In this document: positions 1 through 9,071 of the stretch, piece by piece | How positions within the stretch are numbered: position 1 is the first letter of the stretch | Layout of the letters: each line of letters starts with the position of its first letter | Virus record (IMG/VR): IMGVR_UViG_3300039155_000018 | Location: 64,001-86,300 of that record | Source: a virus | Lineage: Duplodnaviria; Heunggongvirae; Uroviricota; Caudoviricetes | Length of the DNA: 22,300 bases | Direction: 5' to 3' (one strand) | The notes under the pieces: model-generated | Seen by the model: only the letters and a program-made list of their open reading frames with translations | What the model was told of the DNA's origin: nothing | The model's database searches: none | Position numbers and translations under genes: made by a program

Positions 1-468
1 ATGACCAGTTTCGATAGTAGGATTATCAAAGCCTTTTAGAGCAACAGTTACTTCACTGTTCGAAGGATTACTGAATTCTTCCATTACTCTTTGAACAAGA
101 AGAACTAAATCGGGGCCAAGTTTCTTAAAGAATCCATCCCAAGTAAGTTTCTTAGCAAACACAAGCGTTGCATTAGCTCTAACTTTCTTCTCAAGCCATC
201 CGTTCTGTCTAAGTGCAGCTTCGAGAGCTACTGTCATGAAGGGTCGTGGTGGAGTAACTGTTCCATCGAAAGCTCCTCCGTTAATGTGACCTTCTTCCAC
301 CCATTGGGCAATCTGAGCTAAGGGGATTCCATCACTTCTGTCGTTAATGTGGAAACCATCCCACCAACCAACATCTGTAGACTTGTTTTGTGCCGAGATT
401 AAATTCTTCTTTACAGCTTCCCAGTTCTTTTTCTTTGCAACGACCTTGGAGGTAATCTTGATAGCCAT
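1..468 (-). CDS. Neck/tail-completion (virion morphogenesis) protein, 3'-partial; runs off the window edge
   Basis: Hand translation from the ATG at 468, which overlaps the stop of the 468-833 gene (TAATG): MAIKITSKVVAKKKNWEAVKK...STDVGWWDG...LAQIAQWVEEG...TPPRPFM...DNPTIETGH, open to base 1. The 'E.G...PPRPF' motif and the position fit phage neck genes. Absent from the ORF track. Confidence 0.7.
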   Translation of the reverse strand, partial: MAIKITSKVVAKKKNWEAVKKNLISAQNKSTDVGWWDGFHINDRSDGIPLAQIAQWVEEGHINGGAFDGTVTPPRPFMTVALEAALRQNGWLEKKVRANATLVFAKKLTWDGFFKKLGPDLVLLVQRVMEEFSNPSNSEVTVALKGFDNPTIETGH

Positions 469-833
469 TAGTTTGGAGTAACCTCCTCTCTAACTGCAAC
501 GTACCGCGCATGAGGGATGCAAGCTGAGGCGTCATGGAAGTCTTCTTTATAAATCTCATACCAGAATCCACGATACTTGAATCTATCGGCAGGGTGCCCA
601 CCAACACCTTGTTGCATTACTCTCAAGTCAGCCTCTTGGCAAAATACTTGTAGGAATGATCTGTTTCTCTCTGCTTCTGGGAAGTTCAAAACTTCAGCAG
701 GGCGCAATGGTTGAATTTTCAGATGACGTTCAAATGTTTCTGGCTCTGATTCGACCCACCTACCATTCACATACTTACCTTCGCCCATCCGTGTAATGGT
801 GTAAGGAGTAAACTTGATTAGCTGAAACTTCAT
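468..833 (-). CDS. Putative head-closure/head-tail joining protein (121 aa)
   Basis: Translationally coupled to both neighbours; size and position after the head-tail adaptor. Confidence 0.6.
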   Translation of the reverse strand: MKFQLIKFTPYTITRMGEGKYVNGRWVESEPETFERHLKIQPLRPAEVLNFPEAERNRSFLQVFCQEADLRVMQQGVGGHPADRFKYRGFWYEIYKEDFHDASACIPHARYVAVREEVTPN

Positions 834-1297
834 TAGAAAAGCCCTCTAAATGTCAGAGACTTTCCACAACTGCATTTACGCCTACATCTACAACTCTTAA
901 TCCTACTTAGCTCTGGAATAATGTTGTCAGGATTTAGATTATTAGAACACCAATCTGACCAAGAGATACCAGCAGCGTAAGGAGTGATATTCAACTGACT
1001 TATAGAATTTACTCCATCGAGGAGTTTGTTCAAGTAAGCCTGATAATTCTTATTGAAGTTATTTGCAATTGTTTCTAGACCAACAGTCTCTCGTGTATTC
1101 CATCCAGACGACATCGCTAGAATTGACAGACCTAAATTTCCAATAGCTTTCTTCCAGTTCCAATCAAAGAACTCTAGAATCTCAACATACTGTTCATCTG
1201 TCATCATGGGGTAGTATGGGTTACCTTCAATATCACCAAGAAGGATTTTTACCATACTTAGAATCTTTTCTTGATCGGGAGTTAAATAAACGGCCAT
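833..1297 (-). CDS. Putative head-tail adaptor/connector (154 aa)
   Basis: GAGGGG RBS; position downstream of the capsid gene; size typical of adaptor proteins; Cys-rich C-terminus. Confidence 0.6.
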   Translation of the reverse strand: MAVYLTPDQEKILSMVKILLGDIEGNPYYPMMTDEQYVEILEFFDWNWKKAIGNLGLSILAMSSGWNTRETVGLETIANNFNKNYQAYLNKLLDGVNSISQLNITPYAAGISWSDWCSNNLNPDNIIPELSRIKSCRCRRKCSCGKSLTFRGLF

Positions 1298-1332
1298 CGT
1301 TACCCCTCTAAGGGGAAAGCTCCCCGATTAAG

Positions 1333-1551
1333 TTACTTATCTTTTGAAGTTCGGCGTTGTTGAGTAGCCTTCACAACAGGAACTTCTTGCTTCTCTTCTA
1401 CTTCAATCTTTACTTCGGTTTTAATTCCTTTCTTTGCTTCAACTTCTTCGATACGCTTTTCTAGTTTTGCTAGTTCACGATTCACAAGAGTTGCAAGGTG
1501 AGCAAGAGATTGGAAATTTAGGAGTACAGGGATTTCATCATCTTTAATCAT
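1333..1551 (-). CDS. Hypothetical protein (72 aa, charged, coiled-coil-like)
   Basis: GGAG RBS; fills the gap between the capsid terminator and the adaptor gene. Confidence 0.7.
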   Translation of the reverse strand: MIKDDEIPVLLNFQSLAHLATLVNRELAKLEKRIEEVEAKKGIKTEVKIEVEEKQEVPVVKATQQRRTSKDK

Positions 1552-1566
1552 TTAATTCTCCGATAG

Positions 1567-1597
1567 AAAAGGGAGAAAGAGAAATCTCCTCCTCCCC
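1567..1597 (-). terminator. Intrinsic terminator after the major capsid gene
   Basis: Minus-strand RNA GGGAGGAGGAG-AUUU-CUCUUUCUCCC followed by UUUU; 11-bp stem with G-U pairs, just after the capsid stop. Confidence 0.7.
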
Positions 1598-1615
1598 TTA
1601 AATCACCTAACTGAC

Positions 1616-2689
1616 TTAGGCAATCCAGCTACGAACAACAGACGCCGGGTACAGCATGGCGTTCAGGAAGTTCTGCTCAGTCATGATTTCAATCAGATCG
1701 TCCTTCTCGTTGGCATATTCATACCAGTAGCTACCTTGAGCGCGACGGTTGATGGTGCTGAAGCGATTAGCCGGTGCGAAGTAGGTCTTGAAAGCACCAC
1801 GGATACCAACAGGCATGAAGCGAGCTTCCTTAGCTTCGATGAACGGAACAAAAGTACCGTCACGATCATAGCCAGCATCACCAGCGTCAATGAATGTGAT
1901 GCCGAAGATGTTTACAGTGCGGTAGATACCGTTAGGACCGAAAGCATCAACGTTACCGACCAACAGTTGGCGTGCCAGCGGCACATCCAGAGACATCAGG
2001 GAATTGGTAACGAAACCGTTAGCTAGTAGGGCGTTGAAGTAGTCAGTACCACACAGAGCAACAACACGGGCAGTACCAGCCACACCACGAACACCAGCAA
2101 GGACTGCCTTGCGGATGGCTTCAAGCTGAGCACGGGGGTCAGCAGTGCCTGCGAAAGTGGTGATCTGGCTTTCGGTACGGGAGATACCAAACTCGGTGTA
2201 GAAGTTGACGGTGGGACCATAGGAGGTACGCAGAGTACCCTTCGGAGAGTACACTTCGCCGTCCACCAGAAGCTGCCAGCGGCCAACTTCCATAGTCAGA
2301 TCATGAGCAGAGCGGAGGTTTTCCATCTTGCTAGCACGGACGTTAGCAACGCTCTCCAGTTGCATAGCAGCAGCCAGAGACTCAACAGCCACTTGACCGT
2401 CAACATCGTTAGGGGTGATTGCATCGTCCAGAGGGAAGTGCGGGATTTTCAGTTGCAGAGAGCGAACTTCACCACCAGCGATGGTTTGGTTACGCTCATC
2501 CCAGTTACGATCTTCTAGAACGTGGGCGTTACCCACCTTCTGACGAATTTCAATAGTCTTCTGACTGGAATATTCCGGGGTGAAGACACCTAGATCATTC
2601 AGCAGGTAGTTAGCTTTTGGTACTTCCGCCAGAACGTCAGTAAAGTCAACCCACTGATTCAGGTTATTACGATTAATTACTAGAGCCAT
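1616..2689 (-). CDS. Major capsid protein (357 aa, lambda gpE-like family)
   Basis: Size, position after protease and decoration genes, strong codon bias, and HK97-fold-like segments (PHFPLDDAITPND; FKTYFAPA). Confidence 0.92.
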   Translation of the reverse strand: MALVINRNNLNQWVDFTDVLAEVPKANYLLNDLGVFTPEYSSQKTIEIRQKVGNAHVLEDRNWDERNQTIAGGEVRSLQLKIPHFPLDDAITPNDVDGQVAVESLAAAMQLESVANVRASKMENLRSAHDLTMEVGRWQLLVDGEVYSPKGTLRTSYGPTVNFYTEFGISRTESQITTFAGTADPRAQLEAIRKAVLAGVRGVAGTARVVALCGTDYFNALLANGFVTNSLMSLDVPLARQLLVGNVDAFGPNGIYRTVNIFGITFIDAGDAGYDRDGTFVPFIEAKEARFMPVGIRGAFKTYFAPANRFSTINRRAQGSYWYEYANEKDDLIEIMTEQNFLNAMLYPASVVRSWIA

Positions 2690-2716
2690 TTATATCTTAT
2701 CCTTTTATGGGTTACT

Positions 2717-3508
2717 TTACTTAGTGACGAGAAGTGTAATGCCTTGCTGATCCAGAAGTTCACGAAGAACCTCAAACTGTGCATCAGTGAGAGCAGCACC
2801 AGCAGAGTCTTGAGCAACTTGCTTGATGTAGTATTCTTTCAGTTGCAGACCACCAGAATGACCTACAAAGCCGACAGCGTTAAACTCGCCATCAACAACA
2901 GCGTTCGGAACGAACTCCGGGTTGTAACCATAATGATCGCCATAAATAACAGCAAACTCATTGGTATTAACCAGAGCAGTTGCGTCTGCGATAACGGCGT
3001 AGGTTTGGTTACCAGCAACACCCTGAGAGATGACCGGAGTCAGAGCACCAGCATCACCAGCCACGGTAGCGGTCAGGTCGGTTACGTTAGTGTTCGGAGT
3101 GGCAGAAGCGAATACAGCTTCGGCTGCGGTAGCGCCGGCAACAATGGTGTAACCAGACAGAGTACCGGAAACAGCAGCACTGCCAACAGTTACGCCCGTA
3201 ATGAACGCCTGAGCAATCTGAGCAGCAGTAGCGCTACTGGCATCGGTGATGGTAATCACACGACCAGCAATAGTAATTGTCGCGTTCTCACCAGCAGCAG
3301 TGACATCTTCAAAGGTGAAGGTTGCAGTTTCGGTGTTGTTGAAAGCAGGGGTAGCCTTGGCACGGAATACAACTTGACCAAGCTTAATAGGAGCAGAAGC
3401 AGCCGGAGGGGTTACGTTAACACTTTTGCGGGAGTAACCAACGCTCGGGTCTAGTTCATGTACAACAAGATCGCTGAAACGCTTGCCAGAGATAGTTTGA
3501 AAAGCCAT
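2717..3508 (-). CDS. Head decoration/stabilising protein with an inserted Ala/Thr-rich domain (263 aa)
   Basis: Lies between protease and capsid genes, where Felix O1/PAK_P1-like phages encode a decoration protein; strong codon bias; AAGGA RBS. Confidence 0.7.
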   Translation of the reverse strand: MAFQTISGKRFSDLVVHELDPSVGYSRKSVNVTPPAASAPIKLGQVVFRAKATPAFNNTETATFTFEDVTAAGENATITIAGRVITITDASSATAAQIAQAFITGVTVGSAAVSGTLSGYTIVAGATAAEAVFASATPNTNVTDLTATVAGDAGALTPVISQGVAGNQTYAVIADATALVNTNEFAVIYGDHYGYNPEFVPNAVVDGEFNAVGFVGHSGGLQLKEYYIKQVAQDSAGAALTDAQFEVLRELLDQQGITLLVTK

Positions 3509-3547
3509 TAGTTTATTTTCCTTTAGGAGAGGGACAAGTACAGGTAA

Positions 3548-4936
3548 TTAAATGCCACGATCTTTCATGGCTTTACGGGTGGCCTCGACAGCGGCTTCAG
3601 CAGCAGTCTTGGTGTTTTCAACAACGGCCTCTGTTGCAGCAGCACTTTGTTGTTGGAAAAGGTCAGAACCTTGAACAGCGGCGGATTGCTTAGCAAAACC
3701 AGCACGGACAGTTTCAAAGGTGGCGTCATCAAGAGCTTCCAGAGAAGCAGCTTGAGATTTAGCATCTTCTTCAGAAAGACCAGCAGCAAACAGAGAGGCT
3801 TGCCGATCTTTCAGTTTGGCTTCTTTGGCTTGCAGAGCAGCTTGTTCTTCAGAGGCTTGAGCCTTAGCCAGAGCTTCGGAGAGAGCAGCTTCCTTTTCAC
3901 CAAGGGCAGCCTGTAGGGATTCCATTTGAGCAGTAAGCTCAGAGAATTGAGTAGCAAGTGCGCTCATCTCTACATCTTTAGCGTCTATAGCAGCTTGCAG
4001 TTCTTCTAGTTTCATGTCCGGTTTACCTTTATTAAGTTTAAACATATCTGTGATTGCGGGCTTCATAGGCTCCTCTTTGTTTTCAATTCGACTTAAAGCC
4101 ACTTCTGTAAAATAATCCTGAAAGTCTTCAACCTTCATAATTTTGTCAGCCAAACCTAAAGCAACAGCTTCTTCTGCAAGATACATGTTGGCTTCAGTTG
4201 CTCTGACAGCTTCCTCAGAAATGCCCCTATATTTAGATACATGACTGACGAAATCTTGGTAAGTAACAATAACTTTATCTCGAATACCATCTAAGAAAGA
4301 TTGTTTAAACTTACCATCGTTTTCGTAGGGAACCTTATCAGCCCCTGCTGTAATAAAGATTCGCTCATAACCTTCTTGCTCTAGTTTCTTGGAGTCATTG
4401 TACAAGCGCACAACCACTCCAATACTACCCAACTCTGAGCTAGGTGCTACAATCACCTCGTCAGAGATGGCAGTCCAAACGTATCCAGCCGACGCTGAGT
4501 CTCCATCTACATACGATATGATTCTTACGCCGTTCTCATCTGCAAGCTTTCGTACATACTCAGCAGAAGCAAATGCTTGGTGAGCCTCGCCTCCAGGCGA
4601 GTCAACAAGGAAAGCAACAGTCTTAACTCCGCTGTTAATTACAGCCTTGAAGTCTGCTTTGAATTGTTGGTAGCTAAAGCCACCGCAGTCCATACCCATT
4701 ACAGTTACAGGACGATAAGTCATCGGACCTTCAATGACGAACTGAGCAGCAGAGAATTCTTCGCTCACTTGATAACGAGAGTTCATGCTCTCGCCTTCAT
4801 CACTTAGTTCAACCTTCCTAACTTCTCGATCAGCGCTGCCCGAAAGGTATTTATTAATACTTTCAAAGTCAGGCAGTGCCATTAGTTGAGGACGATTGGA
4901 TAACTTAGCTTGTAACTTAAAAAGTTCGTGAGCCAT
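3548..4936 (-). CDS. Prohead maturation protease (S49/SppA-ClpP fold) fused to a coiled-coil scaffold (462 aa)
   Basis: S49 motifs VDSPGG, ASAGY, GSIGV and AG..K; the C-terminal ~170 aa is Ala/Glu/Gln-rich coiled coil. Confidence 0.9.
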   Translation of the reverse strand: MAHELFKLQAKLSNRPQLMALPDFESINKYLSGSADREVRKVELSDEGESMNSRYQVSEEFSAAQFVIEGPMTYRPVTVMGMDCGGFSYQQFKADFKAVINSGVKTVAFLVDSPGGEAHQAFASAEYVRKLADENGVRIISYVDGDSASAGYVWTAISDEVIVAPSSELGSIGVVVRLYNDSKKLEQEGYERIFITAGADKVPYENDGKFKQSFLDGIRDKVIVTYQDFVSHVSKYRGISEEAVRATEANMYLAEEAVALGLADKIMKVEDFQDYFTEVALSRIENKEEPMKPAITDMFKLNKGKPDMKLEELQAAIDAKDVEMSALATQFSELTAQMESLQAALGEKEAALSEALAKAQASEEQAALQAKEAKLKDRQASLFAAGLSEEDAKSQAASLEALDDATFETVRAGFAKQSAAVQGSDLFQQQSAAATEAVVENTKTAAEAAVEATRKAMKDRGI

Positions 4937-6429
4937 TAGTTCTCCAGATTACTTGTAGAGTTATCTTTTGTTGCATTACTGTCGGAAGTGCCGTTGCCGC
5001 TGCCTTTTACAAGTCCTTCACCAGCTCCAGACGTATACCCAGTTAGCCTCGGAAGGATGTCTTCTATTTTCTCATCCCCTTGGAATACAACAGGCATATT
5101 CGCCTGCTTACAAATCCAGTTAATGGTCTTGGCGTCGCATGGAAGCATCCCGATGGCACCAATCCGTTGGATAAACTTAGAGAGAGTTTCAAGGTCTGGA
5201 GATGACAAATCACCAAAGCGCACTTTAGGGAGAACATCTTTTCTGTTACCGTTTAAAGCAAATAACTGAGGAATCAAGTCGTGATTCAATACTTGCTCAA
5301 TCTCACGAAGAGACATTTCAACAGTAAGAGAAGTTACACCAGAGATGTTCTCTGACAGAGAGTAAGAGCCAGTACCGTCTTGACCAAGTACAAGTTGTTG
5401 AGCAGACAGCGCAGTAAGAATTGCTTTACGGTAGAACTCAATAATGGAGAGGACGTTGTATGCCTTCTGCCCACCTGTTTCTACAGTACCAAGCTTGTAA
5501 AGCTTATTATTGTTCTCGTCTACGTTGCTAGGCAGGATAAGTCCAGCTTGAGCATTCTGGTGGATGTTACGGATAACCTTTTGCCAGAACTGAAACTCAG
5601 CTTTCTTGCCCTCATCAGCATTGTCATCCATCACTTCAGCAGGAATCTCAAGAATGGGAAGACCTTGGAGGTCTTTAACAACACCAACAGCAAGAAACTC
5701 TTCAAGGGATTGTTTAAGTCGCCACGCTTTCCAAGCTCCAACAAGGACGCTTTGTCCTTGAGGACTTTCACCCTTACGTTTATTACGGAACAGAAGGAAT
5801 TTATAGCGAGGGATATCTTTGTAATTCAGCTCCGAGGAATCTTCTACCCTCGTGGGAGTTGTTTGATTGATACCCACAGGCTTTGTGTTATATTGCACAA
5901 GGTGTGTAAGGGATCGTCCTGTTTGTTCATCCCACTTCCAACCGAGAACTGTACGTTGGTCGATCAGGGGTAGACAACGAAGTCCAATCTTTCCATCATT
6001 GAATCTGCTACCAGAGGCAAATGTACGTCTACGGAACACTTTCTCAATAGGAGCAAATCCATATCGCCTCATAGAAACAACTTGCTGAATAAATTCCTCA
6101 AAAGGATGTTCCATATCCTTAAATAGACATTGCTCAAGGAACATCTTCTCATCTTCCAGAGAGTCTTCATACCCTTCAGGAATTTCAACATACCATGGAA
6201 CTTTACAAATAGAAGCATCCACAACATCAAGAGCGGGCTGGATATCTTGATCTTCCGCCATCTTATCAAATGTGTGGATACTTCTAGGGAACTCCAATTC
6301 ATGATTGCAGTTCTCAAGAATTTCTCCCCCTAGAGTGGGAACGCCGTTGAACGACATTTGCCCCAATCTAATTCTGGGGATAGGGCTATCACCCGTTGCC
6401 TCAGAAGAGGCTTCAATGTTTTCGGCCAA
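4936..6429 (-). CDS. Portal protein (497 aa, TTG start)
   Basis: AGGAGG RBS upstream of the TTG; lies between terL and the protease; size and helical content fit a portal. Confidence 0.85.
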   Translation of the reverse strand: MAENIEASSEATGDSPIPRIRLGQMSFNGVPTLGGEILENCNHELEFPRSIHTFDKMAEDQDIQPALDVVDASICKVPWYVEIPEGYEDSLEDEKMFLEQCLFKDMEHPFEEFIQQVVSMRRYGFAPIEKVFRRRTFASGSRFNDGKIGLRCLPLIDQRTVLGWKWDEQTGRSLTHLVQYNTKPVGINQTTPTRVEDSSELNYKDIPRYKFLLFRNKRKGESPQGQSVLVGAWKAWRLKQSLEEFLAVGVVKDLQGLPILEIPAEVMDDNADEGKKAEFQFWQKVIRNIHQNAQAGLILPSNVDENNNKLYKLGTVETGGQKAYNVLSIIEFYRKAILTALSAQQLVLGQDGTGSYSLSENISGVTSLTVEMSLREIEQVLNHDLIPQLFALNGNRKDVLPKVRFGDLSSPDLETLSKFIQRIGAIGMLPCDAKTINWICKQANMPVVFQGDEKIEDILPRLTGYTSGAGEGLVKGSGNGTSDSNATKDNSTSNLEN

Positions 6430-6476
6430 TGTAGCCTCCTGAGAGTTTTATTTTAAAATGGGAGAGAATAAATTTA

Positions 6477-6593
6477 CTAGAATGGTAAATTATTAGTTCT
6501 CCCGATTGCGCCTGAAGCTAGGGAGCCTGCGATGGTTGGTAAGTTTTTCTTTTGTGACAGTGACGCATACGCATCTGCAACAGCGTCAACCTG
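6477..6593 (-). CDS. terL: Terminase large subunit, exon 2 (38 aa: QVDAVADAYASLSQKKNLPTIAGSLASGAIGRTNNLPF*)
   Basis: Joining it to exon 1 restores the conserved nuclease motif DD|QVDA..DA. It begins immediately after a terminal G of the intron. Spliced product is 495 aa. Confidence 0.92.
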   Translation of the reverse strand, partial: QVDAVADAYASLSQKKNLPTIAGSLASGAIGRTNNLPF

Positions 6594-7590
6594 CATTTAC
6601 TTGTTAATCAAGGCTCGTTAATTCCTTGACCACCCACTTTAATCTCTACCGTAGTTATTACGGGATGTAGCACCTTTGTTAATATGTTCACTTAGGAACA
6701 TACAAGCTTCTCGGGAGTACGTGTCATTCCCCGGAATCTTCAAGTCTTTCTCTAGATTGTACTTGGTGTTACCTTCCTCAAAACCAAGAAGCCAATCATC
6801 AAAACCCTCTAACTTCGGCAAATCTTCTAGGAAGTTAGCAAAACACTTCCAGCGATCATCGACAAAACAACGTCCGTAGTACCCTTTGTCATCTTTAGGG
6901 TTATAGCAACGCTTCATCATGTTGCTCCAGAGTTGTTTAGCCTGTTTCCAATAAGGCTTTGATTTTGAATACTCTCCAAGATAGCCTATGCCAAGAAAAC
7001 TCTTACTGTACGGATCAGAGACTTTGCCAACTTTTACATTTTCAATAAAACACTCTCGAATATATCCTGTATCATTGAACTTAACGATACACTTCTTGGC
7101 GTTCTTCTTGATGATGGTAAACTTGTGACCACTGTTGGAGATTCCTGCCTCTTGGCAATCTTCCCAGTCTTTCAGCGCGTGATGAGGTTTTGTATAATCT
7201 TTTACTTTACCAGCTAGTAGGTTTGCCCTGTAAACAAGAGTCTCGTAACCAGAATCTACAAAAGACACTAGAAACTTTTGACCTTGCTTTTCAACAACCC
7301 GAACATCCCCGTACTTGTTAGTAGGCATTACGTCGCCGATCTCAATTGCAGTTAGAGCTTTACGTCCCATAGAAATTCTCCTATATTATTAACTTAGTGG
7401 GTGCTGCATATCGCTATGCAGAGCAGACTATCTCTTCACGCTCTAAAGCGTGCTCCCCGTTTCGGGCCACTTGACCCTACATAATAGTCGTTACACGTTC
7501 CTATTTCTAGGCTTCGCTCGGGATTGTCTCTTTAAATTCTTATAGAAATGTTCCCCGAATTAGAGGAGTTTATAGACGACCAGTTTGTCA
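6594..7590 (-). mobile_element. Group I intron (IA-type, 997 nt) in terL
   Basis: Exon 1 ends in U, and P1 is GACGAU/GUCGUC with the U-G pair. P3 CUCCUC/GGGGAG; P4 UUCGGG/CCCGAG; P7 GACUA (7485-7489)/UAGUC (7426-7430); P7.1 GGGUC/GGCCC; P8 CACGCU/AGCGUG; P9 CUGCAUA..UAUGCAG; P9.1 CACCCACU/AGUGGGUG; P9.2 GUCAAGG/CCUUGAU; terminal G at 6594. Confidence 0.93.
6639..7370 (-). CDS. Intron-encoded homing endonuclease (His-Me/HNH-like, 243 aa)
   Basis: Looped out in P9.1; AGGAG RBS; C-terminal W.NM.KRCY...RW..F.NFL.D...LEKD block typical of phage homing endonucleases. Confidence 0.8.
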   Translation of the reverse strand: MGRKALTAIEIGDVMPTNKYGDVRVVEKQGQKFLVSFVDSGYETLVYRANLLAGKVKDYTKPHHALKDWEDCQEAGISNSGHKFTIIKKNAKKCIVKFNDTGYIRECFIENVKVGKVSDPYSKSFLGIGYLGEYSKSKPYWKQAKQLWSNMMKRCYNPKDDKGYYGRCFVDDRWKCFANFLEDLPKLEGFDDWLLGFEEGNTKYNLEKDLKIPGNDTYSREACMFLSEHINKGATSRNNYGRD

Positions 7591-8961
7591 ATCGTCTTTA
7601 TTCTTCCTTTCTCCTGTGAACTGTTCGAGTTCATCAAAGAAAGTATCATTCCAAGGACCCTCGATATAATCAATAAGCCCCATCTCGGCAGCAGTAGCAA
7701 ACGGTTGGAAACGTAAGACTTTACTCTTACTCCCCGTCCCCATAAAAGCAGGGGTAAACCCTTCATACTGCAAAGCCTTCAGTTGAGCGCCGGCTGCAAT
7801 CTTACCTGCTTGTCCCGGCTCCTTCGGCAAGAGAATCTTGGTTCCATAAGGATCTTTTCGGGCACAATCAATGATACGCTGCATTACAGTCCCGTAGTTT
7901 TCGCGGAACCTTTCGACATCAATGATTACATACCTACCTTGCTTTGTGCGGGCCATTAAAACGCCGGCAGAAAAATCTGGATTTGTATTTACCTCTGAGG
8001 GCTTACTTCCAGCAAGGTCCCACGCACGAACATAGGACACAAACTCTTGCTCGTGGTACTTTACAGGGAGTGTCCAATCCTTCTGAAAGAAATTTGAAAC
8101 CTCCTCTTTTACGTCCCAACTCCCGTAGAGGTCGCGCTCGCGCTTTACACGCTTCAGACCTTGGAGGTTTGCGAGGTAGCCAGGGTTTGCCCTGAGCAAC
8201 GGCGGGTTATCGAAGATGGTTGCACTGATAAACTGCAAAGAAAGTGGTCGGCAATGTTGATGTTCTGACTCATCTGGGATAAGATTACCATTCAGATCAC
8301 GATTACCGTACTTCTCTAGGAGTTCTTCTCTCGTGTCAGCCCAGATCATTTCACTAGAATCACGAATGAACCAACGAATCTTACCGTCTCGTTCTGGGTT
8401 AGGGCGACCAGAGTTCTCTTCGCCTTGTGGAATAATCCACCAATCAATCCAACGTCTAATAAATGATGTTGGGGAGGGATTGCACGAAATCCAGAGCGAG
8501 GGCTTCATCTTCGCTTGTGTGCGAAGACGAGACAAAATTACAAGTACATTTTCTTCAGAAAATTGCGTACCCTCATCTAGCATTGCCGCACTAATCTGCA
8601 ATCCACGGTATTTCTCGGCATCTTCCTCTGTATCCAAGTGCCCAAAGGCAACTTGGCCACCAGAAGGAAAAATCCAACGCATCTCCTTTGCTTTATACAC
8701 AGCATCTGGGTATACGTCTTTATACAAACCTTTTGATTCGTCAATAACACCACCAGCTTTAGCTAGGGTTGTCTGGTGTTTACGAATTACATACCCTCTG
8801 TAGAGAGGGTCTTCGACCCATCGTAGATGGCGCATAAGACCGTTGAAAGTCTTACCACCACCCATGGCTCCGCCATAAATGATGATGTCAGCATTACTTT
8901 GTAGGAACATGGCCTGCTTTTTACTAGCAGGCCCAAACACTTTCTTCTCTTCTTTACTCAC
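7591..8961 (-). CDS. terL: Terminase large subunit, exon 1 (457 aa, GTG start)
   Basis: Walker A GGAMGGGKT, Walker B AMLDE, coupling motif SCNP, nuclease WDLA; ends KNKDD at the intron boundary. Confidence 0.95.
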
Positions 8962-8984
8962 CCATCCCCCTTTAAATTATTTAA

Positions 8985-9050
8985 AAGGCTGCGTGTCATC
9001 TCGACAAGGCATGAATTTAAATAAACAAGGGCGTCATCTCGACGAGCCTT
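8985..9050 (-). repeat. Two tandem hairpins sharing GTC-GAGAT-GAC in the terL leader
   Basis: The 11-mer gtcatctcgac occurs at 8995-9005 and 9033-9043; each copy is extended by flanking pairing and followed by a U/A-rich run on the minus strand. Confidence 0.7.
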
Positions 9051-9071
9051 AATTCTTTCAACTGAAAACCA

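Noticed and set aside
7560-7766. 68-aa minus-strand ORF crossing the terL/intron boundary
   Set aside because: Alternative frame of terL running into the intron core; no RBS or motif.
1693-8803. Long opposite-strand or off-frame ORFs over structural genes (e.g. 1736-2026, 2744-3454, 5380-5973, 8333-8803)
   Set aside because: They lie wholly within well-supported genes, lack RBSs and motifs, and are explained as shadows of codon bias.
7588-8961. terL as a truncated pseudogene or a complete 457-aa protein
   Set aside because: The TGA is the start of a group I intron, and exon 2 restores the missing motif.
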